DNA of 54,198 bases, filler included, from Jimgerdemannia flammicorona (Eukaryota): NCBI GenBank assembly GCA_003990765.1. It is 3 parts of 3 records of this genome, joined end to end, with 100 filler letters (N's around TTAATTAATTAA, not from the genome) between each part and the next. Parts side by side here need not be neighbours in the genome. Positions count along the whole stretch, not along the records: positions 36,204 to 54,198 come from RBNJ01002337.1; 2 more parts are not named here. One strand, 5' to 3'. Below the pieces are notes generated by a model. The model was not told the DNA's origin. It made no database searches and saw only the letters and a program-made list of their open reading frames with translations. The position numbers and the translations under genes are program-made. Shown piece after piece: positions 37,927 through 48,413 of this stretch; the stretch's first letter is position 1, and each line of letters opens with the position of its first letter.

Positions 37927-38259
37927 TACTCTCAAACGAATGGATTTACGTGTATAAATTGAGTTTAATTAAGGAGTTCGGCTAAGCCTCCCATGCGTCT
38001 ATAATTACGTATATTAATAATAAAAAATAAAATAATTGGTGTCAGATGCAGGCAAATTTGCCTGCTAAAATATAATTGGCTATAATATCTATAATAATAT
38101 ATATTATTTTTAATTTCCAAATTTGGTATAAATAATTATTATAGTAAGTACTGTAATAGCTTAGACAGGAAGAAGTCACTGTGTAACACAATTGGCCTTT
38201 ATCCCTCAGGGTCGGCAGCCTGGTCTTGCATACTTACATTCATAAAATCCACCAGCAGC

Positions 38260-38731
38260 ATGCCCCCGTTCCCGACCACCCATCACTGTCCCAAGTGTGA
38301 TAAGAAGAAAAGTACACCCAAGGGTGGCTACTGTAAAAAGCATCAAGAGCTTTGTTATGGTACCAAAGACACCCCCCATGACCCGTGGGTTTTTTTTTGA
38401 AAACTGAAAGTTGTAGCCGGTGCGCCAATATCAAAGAGTGCGTATTTACTATTAAGTTTCTTATTGAGAATATTATTTCAGTATGTCAGAGAGTAAAAAT
38501 ATAAAGCTTATTGAAAATGAATTTCTAGAGTCCAAGCAGCTAACGAAGCAAAAGCTAACGAAGCAAAAGCTAAAGCCGACCAAGCAAATGCTGAAGCCGA
38601 CCAAGCAAATGCTGAAGCCGACCAAGCAAATGCTGAAGCCGACCAAGCAAACCCAAGCAACGCTAAAGCCAACAAAAGCAAACGCTGAAGCCAACCAAAT
38701 AAACGCTGGAGCTAACCAAGCAAACAAATAA
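38260..38731 (+). pseudogene. Small two-exon gene: Cys/His-rich domain plus ADQANAE heptad repeats; frameshifted as assembled
   Basis: MPPFPTTHHCPKCDKKKSTPKGGYCKKHQELCYGTKDTPHDPWVF, then a T9 run that breaks the frame, then KTESCSRCANIK. GT-AG intron 38438-38528. A 21-bp repeat reads ADQANAE in the spliced frame. Confidence 0.55.
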
Positions 38732-39088
38732 CATCGCCTATTATATCCATGTTATATTATCATGCTTCTAAGAGCAAATAAACTGTGTAGTACCTACAAT
38801 TTAAATATGACTCTATTGCTATGTTAGTTATGTAAGCAGACGTATTCTCAGTCAGTGGTGAGAAACGCACGTGCCAATCCTGTGGATGGTACGAAATCAA
38901 TCAGCGTTCTCTATGGTGTGGACAGTACTGACTTTTACAAGCGTATTCTTGGCTTTTATTCAAGAGCTTCCGACCACTTTTATGATTTACTATGTAAAAA
39001 GGGATTTTGGGTGTTCACATGACTATAGCTGGTGATAGAGAATTTCCTCATCTATTATCATTTTCCCTCTTCTTTCCTGTGATGAATC

Positions 39089-40525
39089 GCTGCGCACAAC
39101 GGGCACGTCGAGGTCGTAAAGGTGCTCTTGGCCGACTCCAAGGCTGACGCCAACGCCAAGACCAACACCGAGGCGACGCCGCTTATCCTCGCTGCGGAGA
39201 AGGGACACGTCGAGGTCGTAAAGATGATCTTGGCCGACTCTAAGGCGGACGCCAATGCAAAGACCATCGACGCTTCACTTCGCTGCCTTCTACGGGCACG
39301 TCGAGGTCGTAATGGTGCTCTTGGCCGACTTCAAGGCGGACGCCAATGCTAAGACCAACGCCGAAGCGACGCCGCTTATCCTCGCTGCGGAGAAGGGATA
39401 CGTCGAGGTCGTAAAGGTGCTAAGGCGGATGCTAACGCCAGGCAAAAAGCTGAATGGACGCCCCTTCACTTCGCTGCGCAGAACGGGCACGTAGAGGTCG
39501 TAAAGGTGCTCTTGGCCGACTCCAAGGCGGACGCCAACGCCAAGACCACCAAAGGATCCTCTCAGTTTCACCTCGCTGCGCAGAACGGGCACGTCGAGGT
39601 CGTAAATGTGCTATTGACCAACTCCAAGGCGGACGCCAACGCCAGGCAAAAAGACGATGGGATACCGCTTCATCTCGCTGCGGAGAAAGGGCACGTCGAG
39701 GTCGTAAATGTGCTCTTGACCAACTCCAAGGCGGACGCCAACGCCAGGCAAAAAGACGATGGGATACCGCTTCATCTCGCTGCAGAGAACAGGCACGTCG
39801 AGGTCGTATAGGTGCTCTTGGCCGACTCCAAGGCGGACGCCAACGCCAAGAACAACGACGGATGGACGCCGCTTCACCTGGCTTCAAACAAGGGACACGT
39901 CGAGGTCGTAAAGGTGCTCTTGACCGACTCCAAGGCGGACGCCAACACCAAGACGAACGATGGGTGGACGCCGCTTCTCTGGGCTTCAAACAATGGGAAC
40001 ATTGAGGTCGTAACGGTGCTCTTGCGACTCCAAGGCGGACGCCAATGCCAAGACCAACGACGGATTGACGCCGCTTCACTGGGCTTCAAACAAGGGACAC
40101 GTCGAGGTCGTAAAGGAGTTCTTGGCTGACTCCAAGGCGGACGCCAACGCCAGGCAAAAAGACGATTGGATACCGCTTCATCTCGCTGCAGAGAACGGGC
40201 ACGTCGAGGTCGTAACCAAGGCGGACGCCAACACCAGGCAAAAAGAAGAATGGACGCCACTTCACTCGCAGCATCAAACGGACACGTCGATATTGTGAGG
40301 TTACTCTGGACAAACTCCAAGGTGGACTCCAACGCCAAGACCAACAATGGATCGACGCCGCTTTACTGGGCTACTTACGGAGGACACTAGGAGGTTGTGA
40401 GGATGCTGGAGGCCGGACGCCAACGCCAAGAAAAATAATAAATTGGTGCCGCTTCACATCGATACGCAGAAAGAACATGTCAAGATCGTAAATTTGCTCG
40501 TGGCCGAGTTCGGCGCGGCCTACTA
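39089..40525 (+). pseudogene. Ankyrin-repeat array (about 15 units, 102-bp period), 5'-truncated, with several frameshifts and stops
   Basis: TPLHxAAxxGHVEVVKVLLxxSKADANA units. GTCGAGGTCGTA recurs at 39593, 39695, 39797 and 39899. In-frame TAG at 39809. Confidence 0.9.
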
Positions 40526-40819
40526 GCATGTAATTTGTTATAATGCTGTCTTCATTCTCCTTAAATGGGATAATAAAGCATTTACTTGTTTAATAATTCT
40601 TGGCGAGATTGTTTGATGTTTTTCGTGGAGATAAAATTATTAAGGGAATTACTAAAGTTATATAGAATCACCGATTAGTCTGTATCATCTCACTCTCTAC
40701 CACAATCAAATTTTGAAACAAAATTTTCTATTGATTATACACGCTCTATTCTATATTTTAATTCTTTACTAAATCATAATATAATCCAAAAAAAACTGTA
40801 TAACATAATCTCATTGAAA

Positions 40820-41221
40820 GGTGAAGTATTATTCCAACCGGCGTTCGTAAATGACAAGGGCAAGCTCTACCTGCATGGTGACCATTTACAGGGTGCACCC
40901 GTGACCAAGACGTTCTTAAAGAAGTCACCAAACAAGGGTGAGGAGTGGACGATCCTGCCCTGCGACGATGGCTTCGATGATGTCAATGCCGACATCGACC
41001 TTAATACCTCCATATGCAAGTTGTCATACCTGACAAGCAGTGACCACTTTAAGCTGTGCCATAGGACCAGCAACAAGCACTACCTCGCGTCGCATAGAAC
41101 GACGCTCGAATGCATCCCCGTGTGCAAGAAATCCTCCGCGACCCCATCTGAGAAGTTCAAGGAAGTGTTGAGCTTTGCTAATAGTTTATCCGAGGTATTG
41201 TTGCTGGAGGTGCTGGAATGA
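40820..41221 (+). pseudogene. MIR-domain-like (beta-trefoil) coding fragment
   Basis: LYLHG...EEWTI...FKLCHRTSNKHYLASH...P...FKEV resembles the MIR consensus (RLRHxxTxxYLHSH...EV). There is no ATG start, and it begins after a possible splice acceptor. Confidence 0.45.
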
Positions 41222-43599
41222 AGGATGTATGGCAAGTCATGGAGAAGTAGTTTGGCATTGGTCAGGCGCAGTGTCGCTGATTCATTATGTCATGATATCA
41301 TGGGCAACACTACTTATTCTGGATATTTCCCATTCCTGAACAGTATTCCTCACCCTCTGTTAGGGGTATATTCTCTTTCGGGTTACGGATACCTCTGTCT
41401 TTGTTCTCTTGGCAATTACATAAACATTGTCGCCGGAGGTACACTGAGTATAATTCATGGAAATAATGAAGCTTGACTGAGGTGGAAAAAACACATGAGT
41501 AAAATCACGAAGTGATGAAGACATGATGCGCATTATGCGAAAGGCGCGGTATTACATGAAATGGAACAAATATCTGCTGTGCATCTTATTCTACATAATG
41601 AACTGTGGGGATGGCACTCCAAATCTGTTTATAAAAATAATAATGAGTATTTATCGCATATCGGGCTGTCACATTGCTGACAACTGCATCAACTGATGTC
41701 AATCAGTCAGGATACATCTGCAGGCTGCAGAGTAAATCACGGCGACGTGGAATTGGAGATTTGAGAATGTGTGATTGTGTGCGTCTTAATAATTACACTT
41801 GTTCACAGGTTTCACATATCAGAAGAGCGAGACATGTTAATTACTACCTTATCCCAAATAGTGTACTTTTGCAGATGGTAGGGTGGTTTGGTTTCATGCA
41901 CCTTCTCCTAAATCGCCAGCGAAACGACTCGGCCCTCGTCATACTTGCCCCAAGAATCGCAAAAACTTGGGTTGAAATTGATCAGAGCTGTCGCTGTAGA
42001 TGGGGGTGTGCTCTGGTCCATTGAATCGACATTGTTAAGCTCCAATTGGGAAATGTTGCCTCGTTATTCGTTAGGTGGCGAATAGGGTTTGCGGGAATCA
42101 GTTGACGTGAGAGGTGGTGGTGGGTATATGGCTACGATCTCATGGGAAAGAGGTACCAAATGGTATGTCCATCCGTTATGGACAAAACTTTTTTCATCGT
42201 AGCATGAGAAAATACTACTATGCTTCAATATGTGCAGTTTATGTAAATGCTTGCAATGGATAACCTCCGGAAAAAAAAAAAAAAAAAAAAAGCGCGAGAA
42301 GTTGATATCTGCTAATTACATGTCAAATGCATGGACAAGTGTGTGAAATGGATGTAGTAGATGATGCCGTTGCGCCACTTATCAGCTGGTACCCTTTCAA
42401 CTCTGCACGCCAACCTTTAACAGATGTAGTTGTCTAATGCATGTATGCATTTCCCCGCCAACATTGTCTCAGAATAAAGCGACATTCTGACAACCAGTAT
42501 CATATGGGGCGTGCTGTAACAAAACCAGACAAAGTGAACATTTGACGTCACACAATGCATATCCAAAACATTTATGTACTCATAAAATTTTTGGCTCTAT
42601 CGTTCTTGTTTCTTTCTCTTCTTTTTTTTTGCTGGTGGTAGTTGTTGTCGGCAAGAGCAAGAAGTGGAATAGTCATGATAGGGACAGGGACCGCAGGTGT
42701 CAGAGAAGTACTAAGTGATAAGCCGGAAAGTCGTCTTCATTCAGGTTCTGGCCGCAGATGATGCTTAAGCAAAATAAAATCGTTAGTCACCACCTTCTAC
42801 GTTGACAATTTTAGTAAAAAAGCATTGGAAGTTTTGCTACTTCATTAGACCGCCCAGGTTCCTTCCCTTCTGATAACTGAAGCATACCATGCGGCCACAT
42901 TAACGAGTTCTTGGCTTGCGTGACAAATCCACGATGTGGATGGGTAGTACCAGACATACAGAAACTCGTTAAAGGTTGCTCGAATAAGCTACCTAAATAT
43001 TTTAATAGTTATTTGATATAGTTTAGTTTCACATAATTATTTAGTATAGATACATGAGTAATTCTATGTGCCTCACTCCTTGCAATAATTAGGTCGATCC
43101 ATACCTGCAATCGAGACGAGGTCGGTTCTTGGCGTATTAGGACGTTCAACGAAGGTTGAGGTAAGATGGATTCTTCGGAACTGGCAGGCACATCCAGTAA
43201 CCAAAAGGTAATTTAACCAAAAGGTAATTTTCAGTGCATAGCAAGACGTGAGAGCGCTTTAAGACACTATGTCACGCAAACTTTGCCAAACGCACTATCC
43301 AAGAGATTCCCAGTAAAAATCGGGTGGTCTTGGAAGCACGGTCCGGTTGCCATTAGCGAGCAGGAGAATGGGGAAGGCAACGCAGGCTCATGCCCATAAA
43401 TCCCGTCACTAGACGCCTTTCCATGAGATAGGCCGTCGATCCTCAAACAGGCGAAAGGCACAAGTCATGGTCCAGCGAGGCAATCACAGATCCACCGGTC
43501 AAACTATGTATGTGGCAGAACACCAGAGGGTGGCTTGGTAATTGGCGTGACCAAAAAATCTTTCTGGACACGCGCTCTATAAGCATCGACACGTCTAAC

Positions 43600-43877
43600 A
43601 TGTCCGCCACCGAATACCGTAAAGCGGTCATGGAGGCAGCGCTTGTTACATATTGGGATCGCAAGACCGCGACCAAGAAAGTCGGCTTGTATGACTGTCT
43701 TAAACAACTCGACAGTAAGTTGGAGCTCACGCCTGAAGACAAACAACCATTGTATATGATGTACAAGAGACATACTGCGCTTTTGGCGACGATAATCTCG
43801 GTTAGCCCACATCTGCAGAATAAGGCGAAAAACGAGCATGACAATTTCAAGGCATTGTATCTTCAAACAAATTTTTT

Positions 43878-43926
<49 letters not shown>

Positions 43927-45886
43927 TCTAAATCTTACTCCTTTTTTTTGTTGCAGACAAATTCGGCATCCCCAACAGTCCAGCAGTTCTGGGCAGCGAA
44001 AGAAAAAGGTGCCCAATGGAAACAATGTGTGGATGAATATAAGTTTACTATCGACCGACATGTAAGACGAGAGAAGACATACCTGAGCTCCCAGCACCTT
44101 CGGCAACTGAAAGATGAGGATGCATCAAAAGATGATGGGGACGATGATGCCGGAAGTGATGACAATGGCGACAATGTCACGGAAGGTAAAGGGGAGGAAT
44201 TCGAAGACAATGAAGACTCTATCATGGCTACGAGTAATGAAGCACCAGATCATGCCTCCGAACTGGATAACAATACCGAATTTGTTGAAAGAAATGAACC
44301 GGAGAATTTGGGTCGAACCAAACGCTGGATTTTGTCAAGTGGGACTGATGTGGGTCAGGTATTGACCACTTATCGTTGTAACATTCCCGAATTACAAATG
44401 TGTCTCAAGTGAGTTGTTTATTATTATTATGCTTCTGTCGTATGATAGCTAGATGAAATTAATCACAGTCTTCTATTTTACTCTGTAGTCCAGTTTATTG
44501 GGGAATTCTCGATCTCACCGGCGCTCATTTAGAAACAAAGGAACTCTTCTCCACTGCAGACTGGAATGAAATGCTGAAGAGCTTCGAAGATGACGTAAAG
44601 ATGGTTCAAGGAGAAACATCCAATGAAGTGTGTTTGTTGTTCGACGAAATTTCTGAGGTAAATGACGGCTAATGATATTTCTGCACATAGGATGTTTATA
44701 CTTATTGTTTCATTCTTCTCAGATCGCAAGGAGCAGAAAAGACGTTGTGACGGCGATCGATGAGATCACTCCGCAGAAAATAGAGGCAAAGCATAACATC
44801 ACACTCAGCCCACAAGGGAAGAGCTGTATGGTTGCAGTCAAACGAGCAGTCCTAACATAGTACGTGAAAGTAATGTGATACATTTTTCAAGATAGATTGC
44901 ATTGTTATACTTACAGCCTATCTCTCCTCGACCTTTGTCATACAGTGCAGAGAACTTAGCCGATATTGGAGACATAGTTTCCGAGTCGGACTTTGACAAT
45001 TCGTTCACAAACATGCTTACGAAAAGGTTTCTCGACCGGACTGAGTTGAGAATGGACACGTAAGGATTCAAACAGTTTTCGTTTGTTGTTTGTTTGTTTC
45101 TAATTCCTTTATATAATTTCTAGGGGAGAGATCTGCTCCTGGGCTTCTGCTCATCGACGTAATGAAGGCCGTTCAGTTACACTTCGTGCCCGAGTAGGGC
45201 AAAAATGTGATTTCCGAGGGACATTCAAACACAGCATAAACAAGCTCGAAGCAATAATAGGCCTCCGGAGTGGTGGACTTCCAGTTGCTCACCAAAAAAA
45301 AAAAATCTATAGATTCTGTCGACCTGTCCATCACAATGAGAGACGTTCTCCATGCATTCTTCGGTTCGAATGCAAATGCTTCAAATGATGATTTGCATGA
45401 GATGTTTGTTCTTGGGTTCCAATCATGGGGTAAGATAGTTATCACAAATTAAACTTAAACCCTATTCATGATGCTAACGAATATTGCTTTTTTCTAATGC
45501 AAAGGTTGGACGCATCAAGTCTATGGCATGGATTGTAAAGCAACGAATGTTTGTAGGTATGGCAAGTTGTGCACAACGGTCTTACCTAACTCGACGAGGA
45601 GCCTTGCATGCTTAGAAGCATTCTATGTCAACATGATGAATGTAAAGGTATTGCCTTGGTCTATATTATTGTTTCTGGCATCATGCAATGTTTTATTAAA
45701 ATAATGTTCATATGATTGTAGGCAACCTTAAGCCACATATGTGATAAGGCTAACGAGATAGCTCTTACCCACGCTCGGGCGCACAGAAGATTGAAGCGAA
45801 AAGAAGAAATTCAAGCAGAGCACGCCGAGCTCGGAGGCTGTTTTGGTGAAATTGCCGGAACTCCCGAAAAGAAACGACGGAATTAG
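43600..45886 (+). CDS. Multi-exon Crinkler-related protein with C-terminal PD-(D/E)xK/REase-like domain and terminal NLS-like motif; one frameshift in an A12 run
   Basis: The exons splice to ...RWILSSGTDV...PVYWGILDLTG...ELFSTADWNEM...SESDFDNSF...GEICSWASAHRRN...GQKCDFRG...LEAII...VLGFQSWGW..VYGMD...TPEKKRRN*. Canonical GT-AG introns start at about 44409, 44658, 44860, 45060, 45430 and 45648. The start could instead be at 43510. Confidence 0.75.
43882..43923. repeat. (TG)21 microsatellite
   Basis: Directly visible, and preceded by a poly-T run. Confidence 0.97.
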
Positions 45887-46389
45887 AGCATCCCCACCCT
45901 TAATGTGTGCTGCGAGTAATGTGTCATGAAGTGATATAGGGCTATCCCTATATATAAATATAAATATGAAACTGATTTACATAAAATCCACTATGGAGCT
46001 GAAGAACTATAGTACCATCAGAAGTGTTTTGAAAAGAGAACAAGGTGAGAAAATTGCCCTGTATGTTTTCAAAATATCTGACACTAAAGCTATTCAAGAA
46101 TACTTGGATAAAGAGAGAATTACCTATGAAATTTACCAACAATTATACGTCAATTTTAATAAAAGTATAAATACTGCTCATCAAGATACTTCTGGATGAA
46201 GTCAGCAAGAATTAAATCCTAAGAAGTGAGAATTACCAGAAACATCCCAAGAGCCTAGAAAAAAAAAAAAAAACCTCTAAAGAGTAGAATATTATGGGTA
46301 TCATATATAGGGGTATTCCTATATGTATTCTTTAATACACTCTATAGAAGAAATTTTACAAAATCAGACAAACTGTACATAATATATAT

Positions 46390-47719
46390 ATTGTGGCATT
46401 CAGTTTTGTATGTATAATGAACTTCGACTGCACGGCTCAATGTGCCACTTGGTGAAGTGTGTGATGTATAACTGAAGACGTTGGTGATGTTTGCGGGTCG
46501 ATGGTCATGTGACAGGTCGTTCGAAACGTGCAATAATAGTGGGAGTTCAATTGTTCGTTGGCTCAGGATGTCGATGATGAGGTCATTCGGTTGTTCAACA
46601 ATGGTGGCTCAATTGTTTAGTGGATAAGGGTGGCGGTTATGCTGGCTAAGTTTCCTGGCGGTGATTAACTTGGCACGAACTTGAATTTATGTGGCGACGA
46701 TGGGCTTGCTCTTTATGCGGTCAATTAAAGCGGTCCGTGGCACAGTAGGTCAGGATGACGGCTCGCTCATCCATCTTGACTTGTTAACTTGAAAGGTTCC
46801 TGGTGGTCATTCAGGTCTTTGGCAGCAGTCTTGTATTCTTTGGCTGGGTAACTAGGGTTCCTTGGGTTCCTTAGCTATGTTGCCAGGGTCTTGAATCTCG
46901 AATGGCAGTCGAATGCGCGGTCCGAATGGCAGTCTGAATGTGCGGCGGTTGTGGTCTTGAATCCTTGGCGGGGTCTCGGGTCTCGAATGGTAGTTGAATG
47001 CACAGTCCAAATAGCAGTCTGAATGCGTGGCAGTCGTGGTCTTGAATCCTTGGCTGGGTCTTGGGTCTCGAATGGCAGCGGTCAGGTAACATTTTCTTTC
47101 CGTGGCAAGAGAAAATTCTTTAACTCAAACCTCAAGCGATCGTTACTCTAATTATCTTGTTCTCAGAATTTATCCGGTCTCTTGGAGGCAGTGGTTTCTT
47201 TGTAATCCTTTTTACTTTTAAACACAAGCTGACTGAGGTTTATTCACTCTAAGAATATGGGTTATTTATATAAGTTTGCTAGCTATGGGGGAGGGGGTGT
47301 AACTAAGGCTAAGGTATACTATGTTGTGGCGAACTTCGCTATGCTATTGGCTTGCACAATGCGAGGTGCAGGCTATTGTTTACTATGGATTGGGTTATAG
47401 GAGATAGCAACACTGGATTCAGATGAGCTGATATGATATGATGATTGTTGCCAAAAGCGGTTGTAGAGGGTGGCAATGCTGGATTCAGACCTGCTGACAA
47501 AATGCTGAAAACGGTAGTACTGGGTAGCAATGCTGGATTCGGATGAGCTGATATGATATGATGATTGTTGCCAGAAGTGGTTGTGGAGGGTGGCAATGCT
47601 GGATTCGGACCTGCTGACAAAAGTTGGGTTCTCATGGCTGATGGGCGGTACTCTAGAGGAAATAGTACCCTTCATCTGTGGTGGACAAATCTTGCTGGGT
47701 TGTGATTTCTTCTTCATCA
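46390..47719 (-). mobile_element. 3' LTR of LTR element 4 (about 1.3 kb) with 120-bp (47400-47625) and about 84-bp (46885-47085) tandem repeats
   Basis: Minus-strand PPT TTTGAGGAGAGATA, then TG at 47719. TATAAATA at 47263-47270 and AATAAA at 47239-47244. The left boundary is uncertain. Confidence 0.6.
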
Positions 47720-48332
47720 TATCTCTCCTCAAAGGGGGGAAGTGCCGGCCAAGAGGTGAGGGGGTAGAAAAGTGGCCAGTCATCTTCAACAATATTCTCC
47801 AACCCTTGAACAGCTTGAATGCAGACAGAGGACTAGTAGACTCTCTGTTGCTCCTCTTCTTCTTCTGAAGGCTCATTAGTTTCGGTCTCAGAGGGGGTTT
47901 CTTCAGGGGCAGGGTCTTGGAGTTCTTGGGCCTCCTCTTCAAAGACAGAAACTTCTTGGGCTTCTTCTTGATTTGGTTCCCAAATGATGAGGTGTGAATT
48001 GTGGCTGACAAGGTGGTGGGTGGTTGGGGTAGCTCCAACAGGTGCTTCTATAGTAATGGGCGGTTCTTCAAATAGAGGTGGTGTGGAAACCTGGCTGAGT
48101 AGATTCGGTTTGTTGGCTTCCTACAGTGATGCAGTTGCTGCCAATAGAATTGGCTACTTTGGATTCTATCCAGTCAGCATCTTCGGTTGATAGGTGGGAG
48201 AGGCTACCAGCTGTTACTCCTTGTAAGTGTGCTATAGCCCAGGGGATATGGCGGAAGATTTGGTGGACACAGAGGGCTCTCTTGATTAGTCAGCTGGTGG
48301 TTAACATTTCGGCAATGAGGTCTTCCTGGCAG
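47653..48332 (-). pseudogene. C-terminal part of the accessory ORF of LTR element 4, cut by LINE-D
   Basis: LIKRALCVHQIFRHIPWAIAHLQGVTAGSLSHLSTEDADWIE, then after one frameshift an acidic/Pro-rich tail (EEEAQELQDPAPEE...PPFEERYDEEE) that runs through the PPT into the LTR. Confidence 0.6.
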
Positions 48333-48413
48333 ATCTCTTTCCAGTACCATTCAGGTTACACAACCTTTGGAAGGCACTTTCGACATCGTTTTTGGCAAAA
48401 AGAGACTAACAAT

